From the NCBI GenBank assembly GCA_048939015.1, contig JBHLPW010000012.1, positions 1-23,824 of the forward strand: 23,824 bases of DNA, in the 5' to 3' direction. The stretch comes from Promethearchaeota archaeon. GTDB taxonomy: Archaea; Asgardarchaeota; Lokiarchaeia; Sigyniarchaeales; SOKP01. Positions 1 through 9,407 of the stretch are shown piece by piece. The notes under the pieces are model-generated. The model ran no database searches and was not told the DNA's origin. It was given only the letters and a program-made list of their open reading frames with translations. Every line of letters begins with the position of its first letter. Positions within the stretch are counted from its first letter, which is position 1. A program made the position numbers and the translations under genes.

Positions 1-2
1 AA

Positions 3-659
3 TGTACAATTATCGCAATCAAATCATTAAAAAAAATACATTCTAGCGAAACTAAACTCCTTCTATTTAATCAAATAAAGAGTATAATTAAGACGAGATA
101 TATTAATAAACACAAAAAGATTGAGAATAAAAAATATAGACGCATTGTAAAGAAATTAATAAAATCAAAAAAATATGAAAATTTTACTCATAAAGAGTTA
201 TCAGACATTCTTATCAATTATATAATAATTAAAAATCTAATAAAGCGATATCCAAATGTATATTATGAATTAAATCCACAAACTGGATTAATTGAACAAT
301 TAGATTTGTCTGATTTCTTAGAATATGAGGTTAAAGGCACTCCATACGGATGGAAAAATAATATTACATCTATTTCGGAAATTTATGGTTTAAAATATTT
401 AAAAAACATCAAAAAGATTGATTTATCGAATAATAAAATTGAAGATGTAAAGGATTTGAATAAGTTAGAGAATTTAACTCATTTAATATTAACTAATAAT
501 GAAATCAGTGAACTTGAGAATATAGAAATTATTAAGTCATTACCAAATTTAGCTTATTTGGATTTGAGGGATAACGATATAATAAAAAAAATTAGTATAA
601 AAGACTTTGATGAAAAAAATATTAGAGTAATACTAAAAGATTATCTTATATTAAAATAA
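3..659 (+). CDS. Leucine-rich-repeat protein, C-terminal part (5' truncated by window edge)
   Basis: The frame of the 306..659 ORF is open back to position 3 (CTIIAIKSLKK...LIEQLDLSDF), so the gene starts before the window. The C-terminus has LxxLxLxxNxI repeats: IKKIDLSNNKI, LTHLILTNNEI, LAYLDLRDNDI. Confidence 0.85.
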   Translation, partial: CTIIAIKSLKKIHSSETKLLLFNQIKSIIKTRYINKHKKIENKKYRRIVKKLIKSKKYENFTHKELSDILINYIIIKNLIKRYPNVYYELNPQTGLIEQLDLSDFLEYEVKGTPYGWKNNITSISEIYGLKYLKNIKKIDLSNNKIEDVKDLNKLENLTHLILTNNEISELENIEIIKSLPNLAYLDLRDNDIIKKISIKDFDEKNIRVILKDYLILK

Positions 660-662
660 AAG

Positions 663-671
663 AAAAAAAAA
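663..671 (-). terminator. Oligo-T tract directly after the RLP stop
   Basis: A9 on + strand (T9 on - strand) adjacent to the stop codon; archaeal intrinsic terminators are oligo-U tracts. Confidence 0.45.
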
Positions 672-2000
672 TTATTCAATTAATTTTGTTTTTCCAGTAC
701 CCCAAACACCAAGAGCTATTCCTAATTCTTTATGTACTTTTGCAACTTCTCTTACACTCTTGCCTTCCATTACAGCATCAATCGCTTGCCTGAAAGCTTT
801 CGCTCCAGCTATTGGTCCATCAGGATGACTATGGATACCTCCACCACTACCAATGAGGATGTCTTTACCTGCCTCTTGAATACATTTCTCTACCATTCCT
901 TGGGTAATTCCACCGCTTGGCATAGGTAATGTTGGTCTAATATGTCGTAATGGATATCTTAATGCTTTAAGATTTTGCTCATATCTCTCGTCCAAAATCT
1001 CCGCCTTGCCATAGGGTGCGGGAATAACTACAGAATCGGCACCACAAATTCTTGGTAACTTTGCAAAAGTTAACATACTTGTCAATCCTGTCCATTCACC
1101 TCCAAAATAACTTCCACCAAAGTCCATATGACCTAATATTGGAACTTTAATTGAAGGATCTTCTGCAATCTGTCTTAATGCTTCATAACCTGTGGTTAGG
1201 TAGTTGATCATTAAAGCATTTGCTCCTAATTCTATCATTTTATCAGCATATTCAAACATTTCAGGGAATTTAGTAGTAATATTAATTGTGTATAATGTTT
1301 TTTCTCCTTTTTCAGAATCTGCTCGGTCTACGGCTTCCATTACTTTAACAATTCTATCTTCAAGAGTATTAAATGAAGGATTTGAAATTAATTCATCATC
1401 TTTCACAACATCGCATCCTCCAACTGCGGCTTTGTATACTAAATCAGCTGCAACTTCACAAGTATGTCCTGTACAGGGTTTTACCATATTATTTAATAAA
1501 GGACGCTCAGGTATCTTCATCAATTTTCTAATTCCATCAATACCAAATTTTGGACCTTTGAAATCTTCTAACCATGCTTTGGGAAAAGCGAGATCTACTA
1601 ATTTTAGGCCATGGGTTATGCTAATATTTCCGATTACAGTTGTAAATAACATCGGAATACCCATCCCTTTGACATTTATAATTGGAAAGCCAATTTGAAC
1701 GAAATACGTTCTTTCTTTAATATCTTTCGGGATCACATATTCGTACATAGGAAGTTCATATACACCTAATACTCTTGCTACATGATATTTCCTTACTTCC
1801 TCTGTTTCAGCAGGAACTCTGACCCATGTTCCAGTTGATTGCTCAATAGCAGCAAATCTGGATAAATAATTGACATTCTGTCCTTTGGGGCGTTTAATTA
1901 TATAGCTTGCGATGATGTATTTTTCTAAATCAATACCATCTAAACCTATAGCTTCGGGTACATCATAATATTGCTCACAACTTGGAAAATTTTCTTCCAT
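672..2000 (-). CDS. RuBisCO-like protein (form IV RLP)
   Basis: RuBisCO large-subunit motifs AIEQSTGTW, GGCDVVKDDE (carbamylated Lys/Mg site), YGK, PMPSGG and GGGIHSHP are present. The KPK motif reads KPC, H-R reads H-M (GHMDF), and the H327-equivalent is absent (GADSVVIP), which is typical of non-carboxylating form IV. Confidence 0.92.
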   Translation of the reverse strand: MEENFPSCEQYYDVPEAIGLDGIDLEKYIIASYIIKRPKGQNVNYLSRFAAIEQSTGTWVRVPAETEEVRKYHVARVLGVYELPMYEYVIPKDIKERTYFVQIGFPIINVKGMGIPMLFTTVIGNISITHGLKLVDLAFPKAWLEDFKGPKFGIDGIRKLMKIPERPLLNNMVKPCTGHTCEVAADLVYKAAVGGCDVVKDDELISNPSFNTLEDRIVKVMEAVDRADSEKGEKTLYTINITTKFPEMFEYADKMIELGANALMINYLTTGYEALRQIAEDPSIKVPILGHMDFGGSYFGGEWTGLTSMLTFAKLPRICGADSVVIPAPYGKAEILDERYEQNLKALRYPLRHIRPTLPMPSGGITQGMVEKCIQEAGKDILIGSGGGIHSHPDGPIAGAKAFRQAIDAVMEGKSVREVAKVHKELGIALGVWGTGKTKLIE

Positions 2001-2087
2001 CTAAATCTCACATTTTAAAGTATTATTATGTTCTAAAGGAGATTAATATTAAAGAATACAAAAGTTTTATTATAGGAAAATAAAAGG

Positions 2088-2103
2088 AAAAAAAAAAAAA
2101 AAA
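2088..2103 (-). terminator. T16 tract ending cassette A
   Basis: Run of 16 A on + strand immediately after the stop at 2104. The paralogous cassette B has an A9 run at 10492-10500 in the equivalent place. Confidence 0.55.
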
Positions 2104-3219
2104 TTAAACTTTAGATTTTGCTTCAGCCTTAGTTGCGGCTTTAATACTAGTATAGGAATTTTCTAAAACAGTCAGATATTCCATCAGTACTTGGCTTGCT
2201 TTTGATTTTTGATCATATACTTTTTTTATGACATTTAATAGGTATTTGGGAAAAATTAGATCCAAATAGAAATCTGAAAGTAAAGCATAATATTCATTAT
2301 TTCTCTCATCTTGGAATACTTGGATCATTTGAGTATCCCATAACATCTTTAAAACGTCATCAAGATCATCAACACCTTTCTTTCTTAGTTTTTCAAGGTC
2401 ATTCCTAGTTACAATAGCATTTCTTAGCAATCTAAGTGTTTCATAAACTTGGGGATTAATAAGAATATCTATGATTCTAAGATTATCTCCTTCTGCTGGA
2501 CGATAATTTTGAAAAAATTTCTTAACTTCCGTCCTGTAATCCCCTACAAGTTGAGCAGGTAAACCACGGCTAGCTGGATCATCCAGCATTTTTACTGGAG
2601 GTATTCGTAATGTTACAACGTCTTGTATTAAAAATATAAGCTCTGACGGCATACCTTTCACTGATGTTTCTTTGACAATTTCTCGTTTTATCAGTTCTAT
2701 TAATACTCCTTCTAAATCAACGAAACCTTGTTTATATTGGTCTTTAAGCCATACCATTAATTCTGATTTGGAAACCACACCTTCATCTCTTAAACGGTTG
2801 ATTATTAACCTTTTAATTTCATCCTGATACGTGATAGCAAGTTGTTGTTCATTATTGAGTGTAGGATATACAGATAATCTTCTAAAAAGATTAGGGATCA
2901 TTTCTATATATGCATCATCTCTCATATTTTGTAAGATTATTCGAGAAATGTCGATTAATCCACCCTCGTAGCTATCTGGGTCATCATCTAAACTTAAAAG
3001 TAGAAGAATGTAAAATCCTTTATCAGGTCCAGTATAATAAGAGGCAATATTCAATGATCCAATCATTAAACTGATCATACCTGATTCACCACTATACTCA
3101 TGGGTACTGTAAACTTGCATAAGAGTCTTGTCTGTTATATTTATTTCTTCTGGATACTTAGCTAAAATTTCAGTTCCTATTCTTTCATCCCATCTCATAA
3201 CTACTAAACCGACTGGAAT
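2104..3219 (-). CDS. Longin/uDENN-like + tandem winged-helix protein, paralog A (NPRL2/NPRL3-like architecture); probable ATT start, 371 aa
   Basis: N-terminal GLVVMRWDERIGTEILAKYP resembles the uDENN/longin start pattern (hydrophobic strand-F/W-D-xxxG-xxhhxx-YP). Two WH-like segments follow (IINRLRDEGVVSKSEL...LIELIKREIV; VYETLRLLRNAIVTRNDL...LKMLWDTQMIQV). Colinear with 10508..11620. The in-frame extension ATT-CCA-GTC-GGT-TTA-GTA-GTT-ATG matches paralog MPIGLVIM. Confidence 0.7.
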   Translation of the reverse strand: MPVGLVVMRWDERIGTEILAKYPEEINITDKTLMQVYSTHEYSGESGMISLMIGSLNIASYYTGPDKGFYILLLLSLDDDPDSYEGGLIDISRIILQNMRDDAYIEMIPNLFRRLSVYPTLNNEQQLAITYQDEIKRLIINRLRDEGVVSKSELMVWLKDQYKQGFVDLEGVLIELIKREIVKETSVKGMPSELIFLIQDVVTLRIPPVKMLDDPASRGLPAQLVGDYRTEVKKFFQNYRPAEGDNLRIIDILINPQVYETLRLLRNAIVTRNDLEKLRKKGVDDLDDVLKMLWDTQMIQVFQDERNNEYYALLSDFYLDLIFPKYLLNVIKKVYDQKSKASQVLMEYLTVLENSYTSIKAATKAEAKSKV

Positions 3220-6200
3220 TATGGTTCACCTCCATATGATTCATTAATATCTTCATCTTCTGGAAAATCATCTTCCTTCTCAGGTTCAGGTTCTGGTTCC
3301 GGTTTTGATTCTGGTTCTGGTTCCAGTTTTGGTTCTGGTGGTTTTTCTTCTTCTATTTTAGGTAACTTTTTAGGTTTTTCTTCTTTTATAGAAGGCAATT
3401 TCTTTTTCTTAGCCGGGATCCCCATTACATCTAGTAACGATAAACCAATTGTATCCCATTTATCTCCAAGTTTCTTTACAATATATTCGTCTTTTGTAGG
3501 GTATAAAAGTGATTCTGAAATAGATTTACTTCCTTTAATGTCTTTTTTCATACTTCTCGCCTTTTTAACAAAAGTAGGAATTCTTCGTTGTTGAATTAAT
3601 CTATATGACACAAGACTACCACCGACAGCCGCAATTGCTCCTACTATTAATATAAAGTAAAAGGTGGGCATTCCAGGAAAAATTTCTTCTATTTGGACAA
3701 CAACTGTAAAATCTTTGGTTTCAGATGTAAAATTAGCTTTTTCAATTGAAAGCGTTGCTAAAAAGGTTTCAGGCATTAAAAATGGTTGAGCTATAGGAAA
3801 TGTATTTACTGTGTATGTACCATCACCATTATCAATTATATAATTATTACTAGTACTATAAATGTGGCCTCTAATTGCAAAGGTTAAATCCGCTCCCACA
3901 ATTGGGACGGAACTGTTATTAGGATCAGTAAGCGTTATTTGAAATTGTATAGTTGCGCCAGAAACTAAATTTATTAGAGCACCTATAGAATATTGTACAG
4001 AAAACTCTCTTTTATTAATAGTAAGAGAGATTATCGCAACTCTGAAATCATAATTATCCTTATTTAAAGTAACTACGATAGAATACTCTCCTACTTGAAG
4101 ATTTTTAGTGTTTAAATCCAAAATATATTGATGATCGGTAGTTTCTCTTAATATTCCTGTTAAAGTACTTTCGTTGATTGGTACTCCATTTTCATCGAGT
4201 TTTACAAGAATAAAACTTTTTTCATCAGCGTCCTTGATAATCTTCATAGTTAAACTATCAATAAACTCAAAAGTGAAGTTATATGAATCACGTGCATACA
4301 ATTTTTGACTTAAGTATAGAACATTATCATTTGAATTCAATAAGGTTGGTCTATTTATTATATTAATAACAAGATTAGGACTTGGAACGCCGTTAGTGAA
4401 ATTTTGCTTTACTGCCAATATATTGATGGTATAAGCACCGACTTCAGTTACATTACCTGTATCAAAGAAAAATGAATAATATCCTACACCTTTTGAGACA
4501 TCTGGATTAATAATACCCGATCCAAAAGCCCAATTATACGTTACTAGAGCATTTGAAATGGGGCTATTAGAGATAGCTTCACTAAAATAGAAAGTTATCC
4601 CTAGAGTTCGATTCCAATATTCTGTAAGCGTGTAAGATGGAAATTCAGCACCTGTAGTATAATTATGAATGGTTAAATCTGTTAATATAGACTGCACCTT
4701 AAAGAAAATTAACAGTGGTGTGGGTGGAGTATGGGGTGGAGTTGTTAAGCTTCCGTAAATACTAATATAATATGATTCACCGCCTATGAATGAAAATTCT
4801 GAACTATTGAAAGTATAACTGTATTCTCCAACACTCGAAATATTGTATAGCAGCATATTAATAGGATTCCCTATTCCATTTAATGATTCATCGCGAAATT
4901 GGAGAAATAACGTAGTGGGTTGTGCTAATTCTTTGGGATTGGATTGATATTGTTTTGTAAAATTAAAACTAATTGTAACATTATCTCTCCAATAGATACC
5001 TGTTGTAAAGTTTGTAGGATTTTTGGATATTAATGTTAAATATGTATGATAATCTGAGAGAGCATAGTTGATAATAAGAGTAACTACTACAACTTGAGAA
5101 GTATAGTTCTCTTTATCAAATGTTATAGTAATTGTATAAGTTGCATTTAATTTACTTGCTGTATCAAAGCCTAAGAGATAATATATTTGTTTTCCAGAAT
5201 CATATCCAAGCGAACCTCCTCCACTTGGATCAGTTATTTCTGTACTATTATATATATATGATTGAGTATCCAAATTAGTTATTGATGTACTCGAAATATC
5301 ATCTATATAGGAATAAGTTAAATTTAATGAGTCTCCCATATTAATGACAAAAGTACCAGTCGAACCATTAACGGATGTCGGACGATCTTCAATTGTTAAA
5401 GATAATACAGCGCTTCTTAATTCATAATTTAATTTATCAAGTGTTATAAATACAAAATAATCTCCAAGTTCCATTTTCTCTGTATCAAGATCTAAAATAT
5501 AACTATGATCACCAGTTTCAATTAAATTGCCAATTTTATTTTCCCCAGGGATTGGAACTCCGTATTCGTCAAGTTTCTGCCAATTATAACTCATTTCATC
5601 TGGATTGGAAATCTTTCCTCCAGTTAAAACGTCCGTATAATTGAATTCGAATAATTCTGTTTCTAGGGCATAAACATTTTCACTTAGAAATATCACATTA
5701 TTAGTACCATTTATTTCTGTAGGTCTTAAAAGGATATTAAGAGTAACTTCAAAATCATCGATTTTTGTATGATTTTCAAGTGTCGCGGTTATATCAATTT
5801 TATATATTCCTACAATTGGAGCGAGTGCTGTATTAAGTTCAAATGTATAATATCCAGGATTCATTGGATCAGGATTTATTGATCCAGAACCATAGTCCCA
5901 ATTATAAGTTACTGATTCTGCTGTTAAAGAACTACTAGTACTAGTATCATAATATCTAATAGTCATATTGATAAGTTCATTATAATATTGTGAAAGTGTA
6001 TTCGATGGAATCTCATCTGGCATTGAACTATAATTATATAGACTCATACTTGTTGGGAGCGAATTTATGAAAATTGAAAAGGTTACATCTGGTGGCTCGT
6101 AATAGTACAATTTCTTTCCTGAAATAGTTATGAAATATGATTTACCATAATCTCCTGCTGAAAATTCACTTGAATTTAATGTTATTGAAAAAGTCCCTGA

Positions 6201-8948
6201 ACCTTCAAACTGCATTGAATCTTCAAAAACTGTGGGGTTACCAATAGCTGTACTTTTAATATTCAATGTTATTGTAGTACCACCATTATCATCAGGATTC
6301 CAGAGACCACCTGCGTTATCGGAATATTCAAAATTAATAGCAAAGGTCATGTTTTCACCCCATGCTACTTCTGTATCAGCTACTAGGCTTCCGTTTTGAA
6401 ATCTAGTTATATAATCTTTGAAATTTAAATTCAATTCAAAAACAAGTAAAGATTCTCCATATAACGTATAATTATAGTAATTATACAACGGAATCTCATT
6501 GAACCATTGATCTGAATAATTTATTTTGAAATTAAATCTTTGTGTTATAATCCATAAGGAAAAATTATACGTAGTTTCTCTCTTATACCAAAAATTTAGG
6601 TTATCATTAATTATTCCATATGCATAGCCTTGATCATCTGTTTTTAAATCTACTACATGTTCACCTGTTCCATTTATTTCAGCTCTGACTGTTACGCCTT
6701 CAACAGGTACAGTTGCAGTATTATCAATAACTTGTATACTTAATTTAGACATATTTGTTCTGATATACTCAGAATAAGCAAAACTTAGAGATACTTCGAT
6801 AATACCGTTACATTTAGTTTTGTTCGCCCCTTCAATTTCTAATCTTAGTCCAAAAACATCATAATCTTCTTCTTCGTCTGGATGATACACAAAAGTATCA
6901 TTGGATGCTTGACCTGTATAATCCTTTAGTTCTTTAAATTGGTGGCCTGAGTCATCTAGATACCAAATTCTTACTTGAGTTAAATTATCCATTTTATCCA
7001 ATTCAACCATGGCATCTATTGCAGTAATATTACCAGGGTTTCCATAACTTGAACCTTCTAGATACGTGTCTACATTAACAGAATATGTTGGTGTTCCTGG
7101 AGTATCAACATTAGTATTATTTACGAAATAAGTGGTTTTAATACTTTCACGGGTTATTATACTCGAGTTTAAAGCAGTAGGATTTGCAAGAACATAATCA
7201 ATGTTATCATAATATACTGTATAGTTGTAACTTGAGCGATTCAACCATCTAAATGTTGCTTTTCCTGTCGAATCTAAAGTGAGACTCTCTAGAACCTCAC
7301 TTGTTCCAGCGCTAACATTTATATATCCATAATTTAATGGATTTCCATCCCAATCATCTACTTCAAAATCTATTGTCCAAAGATCAGTATATAAGATTGT
7401 AGTATACATCAATCCCTTAAACTCTACTTCTCCATCCGGTTCGGTTCTACTATCATATACTATAGCCTCACCTGAACTTATAGTATAATTCACAGTAATG
7501 TTATAAAATCCAAATGGAACTTTTGTAAAGGAAACGGTCCCATCAGATAAAGTAAAGTCTGTATAAGTAGTACCATCTACCTCTAGAATATCTGTTGCGT
7601 TTTTCCATAAGGAAACTTCTGCACCTGGAACTCTTCTCCCATCAACGTCTTTAATAATTATAGTAACTGCTGCAGCACGTTCGGTAACAGGCAATAAGTC
7701 TGTTTCAATAGCATAATAATGAGCCAACCATTCAATTTCGTCAGGAGCGACAGCATAGTCAAAATATCTGACTTCATCAAGATATCCCTCATAATATCTA
7801 CTATTTCTACCTCCATTTTCACTTGTAGCTTCGGAACCATCTCCAAAAAAGCCCCATCTATCCGTACCAGTCCCAATACCTCTACCTCCATGAGGATTTG
7901 CCCATATATCAGCAGCATAATCATCAACATATATATATTTGTCAGAACCATCATATACAACACATGCAAAATGCCATTCATCATTATTTAGACCGGTAAC
8001 ACTTCCATAGAAATCATTAATGCTACTTCCTGAAGCAGAACTAGAGAATCCGATTCTACCTTCTGTGGTACCTCCATTTGCATCAGAATCACAATCTATG
8101 TAAAAATTAAAGAACTCAGACCGATCAAAATCAAAAAATGCCCAATTATAAGTATAATCCTGAGTTGATGAAAAATCTGTTTTGAACCAGCAACTAACGG
8201 TTACTGATGTTATTTCATTAGGCTCTGTAAAATGTAAGTCATCATTTATGTAAGCCCATTCATTAGTGCCATCAAAATAAAGAGAATAATCGCCAATAGC
8301 ACTATCGGAATCATAAGTAGGATATTCGGTACCAGAAGTCCCATAGAGAGTAGCATTACAATTATTTAAACTATCAATAGTTTCTGAATTATAGCCTCCA
8401 GAACCTTCCTCAAAACTCCACCAACTTGATCCAGATGGATCATAATTAATATATGTGCCTCCGCGATAATTAATTGATGCGTTACCCCAGTACATATATG
8501 TGTCATATTCAGATTCTCCTGCAGAAGAATTAGTTTCAAACCAGATTGTAGCAATATCATTAGTAGGAAAATCTTTTTTCACATAATAGTTTCTTACTTC
8601 ACCGTTTTCGACAATTCTAACGTCATACAAATCAGCGTCCATGTTATAATTATCTCTTAAGGTACCATAATCGAATTCAATACTAACAAAGTTGTCAATA
8701 AGGTTATAACTTCCTGGATTAGTGATATTTATACATTGTCTCCACTGATAAGATGCATTCCACCATGGATCTTCGCCTATTTGTGCCATATTAAGTTTTT
8801 GTGGACCTTCATATTCAGCAGTACCTTCATTTGCGTATACAATATTACTTGTATCATTTAAACAACTTACAATCAATGGAAAAATTATAAGAATAGTTAA
8901 AAGAAATGATAAGCTCTTAATTTTTTTTGTTTTATTATGTAATATCAT
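3219..8948 (-). CDS. Giant single-pass cell-surface glycoprotein, paralog A (DUF2341-like, LamG/ConA-like, Ig-like repeats, TM, cytoplasmic tail)
   Basis: N-terminal basic+hydrophobic signal. WWNASYQWRQCINITN...DVRIV...YMYWGN is DUF2341-like. WWSFEEG...TVSCWFK...WHFACVVYDG...IYVD...YEGYLDEVRYF is LamG-like. T/Y/N-rich beta repeats carry many N-x-S/T sequons. TM is FYFILIVGAIAAVGGSLVSY, followed by a ~125-aa charged tail. Confidence 0.85.
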   Translation of the reverse strand: MILHNKTKKIKSLSFLLTILIIFPLIVSCLNDTSNIVYANEGTAEYEGPQKLNMAQIGEDPWWNASYQWRQCINITNPGSYNLIDNFVSIEFDYGTLRDNYNMDADLYDVRIVENGEVRNYYVKKDFPTNDIATIWFETNSSAGESEYDTYMYWGNASINYRGGTYINYDPSGSSWWSFEEGSGGYNSETIDSLNNCNATLYGTSGTEYPTYDSDSAIGDYSLYFDGTNEWAYINDDLHFTEPNEITSVTVSCWFKTDFSSTQDYTYNWAFFDFDRSEFFNFYIDCDSDANGGTTEGRIGFSSSASGSSINDFYGSVTGLNNDEWHFACVVYDGSDKYIYVDDYAADIWANPHGGRGIGTGTDRWGFFGDGSEATSENGGRNSRYYEGYLDEVRYFDYAVAPDEIEWLAHYYAIETDLLPVTERAAAVTIIIKDVDGRRVPGAEVSLWKNATDILEVDGTTYTDFTLSDGTVSFTKVPFGFYNITVNYTISSGEAIVYDSRTEPDGEVEFKGLMYTTILYTDLWTIDFEVDDWDGNPLNYGYINVSAGTSEVLESLTLDSTGKATFRWLNRSSYNYTVYYDNIDYVLANPTALNSSIITRESIKTTYFVNNTNVDTPGTPTYSVNVDTYLEGSSYGNPGNITAIDAMVELDKMDNLTQVRIWYLDDSGHQFKELKDYTGQASNDTFVYHPDEEEDYDVFGLRLEIEGANKTKCNGIIEVSLSFAYSEYIRTNMSKLSIQVIDNTATVPVEGVTVRAEINGTGEHVVDLKTDDQGYAYGIINDNLNFWYKRETTYNFSLWIITQRFNFKINYSDQWFNEIPLYNYYNYTLYGESLLVFELNLNFKDYITRFQNGSLVADTEVAWGENMTFAINFEYSDNAGGLWNPDDNGGTTITLNIKSTAIGNPTVFEDSMQFEGSGTFSITLNSSEFSAGDYGKSYFITISGKKLYYYEPPDVTFSIFINSLPTSMSLYNYSSMPDEIPSNTLSQYYNELINMTIRYYDTSTSSSLTAESVTYNWDYGSGSINPDPMNPGYYTFELNTALAPIVGIYKIDITATLENHTKIDDFEVTLNILLRPTEINGTNNVIFLSENVYALETELFEFNYTDVLTGGKISNPDEMSYNWQKLDEYGVPIPGENKIGNLIETGDHSYILDLDTEKMELGDYFVFITLDKLNYELRSAVLSLTIEDRPTSVNGSTGTFVINMGDSLNLTYSYIDDISSTSITNLDTQSYIYNSTEITDPSGGGSLGYDSGKQIYYLLGFDTASKLNATYTITITFDKENYTSQVVVVTLIINYALSDYHTYLTLISKNPTNFTTGIYWRDNVTISFNFTKQYQSNPKELAQPTTLFLQFRDESLNGIGNPINMLLYNISSVGEYSYTFNSSEFSFIGGESYYISIYGSLTTPPHTPPTPLLIFFKVQSILTDLTIHNYTTGAEFPSYTLTEYWNRTLGITFYFSEAISNSPISNALVTYNWAFGSGIINPDVSKGVGYYSFFFDTGNVTEVGAYTINILAVKQNFTNGVPSPNLVINIINRPTLLNSNDNVLYLSQKLYARDSYNFTFEFIDSLTMKIIKDADEKSFILVKLDENGVPINESTLTGILRETTDHQYILDLNTKNLQVGEYSIVVTLNKDNYDFRVAIISLTINKREFSVQYSIGALINLVSGATIQFQITLTDPNNSSVPIVGADLTFAIRGHIYSTSNNYIIDNGDGTYTVNTFPIAQPFLMPETFLATLSIEKANFTSETKDFTVVVQIEEIFPGMPTFYFILIVGAIAAVGGSLVSYRLIQQRRIPTFVKKARSMKKDIKGSKSISESLLYPTKDEYIVKKLGDKWDTIGLSLLDVMGIPAKKKKLPSIKEEKPKKLPKIEEEKPPEPKLEPEPESKPEPEPEPEKEDDFPEDEDINESYGGEP
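3226..3233 (-). promoter_or_regulatory. SD motif GGAGGTGA inside the last codons of surface protein A
   Basis: - strand reads GGAGGTGA-ACCATA-ATT; the same motif precedes the paralog ATG at 11620. Confidence 0.75.
3279..3385 (-). repeat. Low-complexity coding repeat (PE/PK-rich) in cytoplasmic tail
   Basis: Imperfect GAACCA-type hexamers on the - strand encoding EEKPKKLPKIEEEKPPEPKLEPEPESKPEPEPEPEK. Confidence 0.8.
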
Positions 8949-9337
8949 AGTTTATTTCATTTTTTGTGTAATAAAAAATTTTAAAATGTGTTTCAAAAGA
9001 AACATATTTTTAACAATAAATATGTAAATTTTATTATTTAACTTTTTATAATCAAATAATATAGTGAAAAATCTTAGAGTTTATTATAACAGAAAACTGT
9101 CTAAAATGATCTTATGTAATATTTGTGATCAATTTTGTGTGTCCATTTCAAATTTCTTTTGTTAGAGAAATTTCTACTCAATTTGGATAGAAAAATAAAT
9201 TGAATTCTAGCGCTATAAACGCTGTATGAATAATTGAGAGTATACAAATTGGTTGAAAAATTATTTTTTTGTATGATTTAATGGATATAATCATGCAAAA
9301 TAATTCATCCTTTTATTTCTTAAATTTATCAATTTCT

Positions 9338-9350
9338 AAAAATTTAAATA
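9338..9350 (+). promoter_or_regulatory. Possible BRE/TATA box for the GTPase gene
   Basis: AAAAA-TTTAAATA about 60 nt upstream of ATG 9408. The region is very AT-rich, so specificity is low. Confidence 0.3.
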
Positions 9351-9407
9351 GTTAAATTTAGATTGAAGAATCAAAGAATAATACCCATATGTTTTATATC
9401 AGAGAAG

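Noticed and set aside
306-308. TTG start of the LRR ORF
   Set aside because: The frame is open to the window start, so this is an internal Leu codon.
732-1698. ORFs 732..929 and 1204..1698 (+)
   Set aside because: Antisense shadows of the well-supported RLP gene; no recognisable motifs.
672-2000. Bona fide CO2-fixing RuBisCO (form III)
   Set aside because: The K177, R295 and H327 equivalents are substituted.
3210-3230. Programmed frameshift fusing surface protein A to longin-WH A
   Set aside because: No slippery sequence, and the paralog has a normal SD + TAATG junction; reinitiation explains it more simply.
3279-3345. CRISPR or non-coding tandem array
   Set aside because: Imperfect hexamers encoding a Pro-Glu tract within a CDS; no spacers or cas genes.
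3600-3690. Short C-terminal sorting signal (PGF-CTERM/Loki-CTERM type)
   Set aside because: IFPGM before the TM is only loosely similar, and it is followed by a long conserved cytoplasmic domain rather than a terminal basic cluster.
8855-8885. Lipobox-like LIVSC in surface protein A
   Set aside because: Absent in paralog B, and the protein already has a C-terminal TM anchor; probably coincidental.
9363-9407. TTG start giving a 355-aa GTPase
   Set aside because: The longin-like pattern begins at MLRQVYIL (ATG 9408); the extra 15 codons have no SD support. Not fully excluded.
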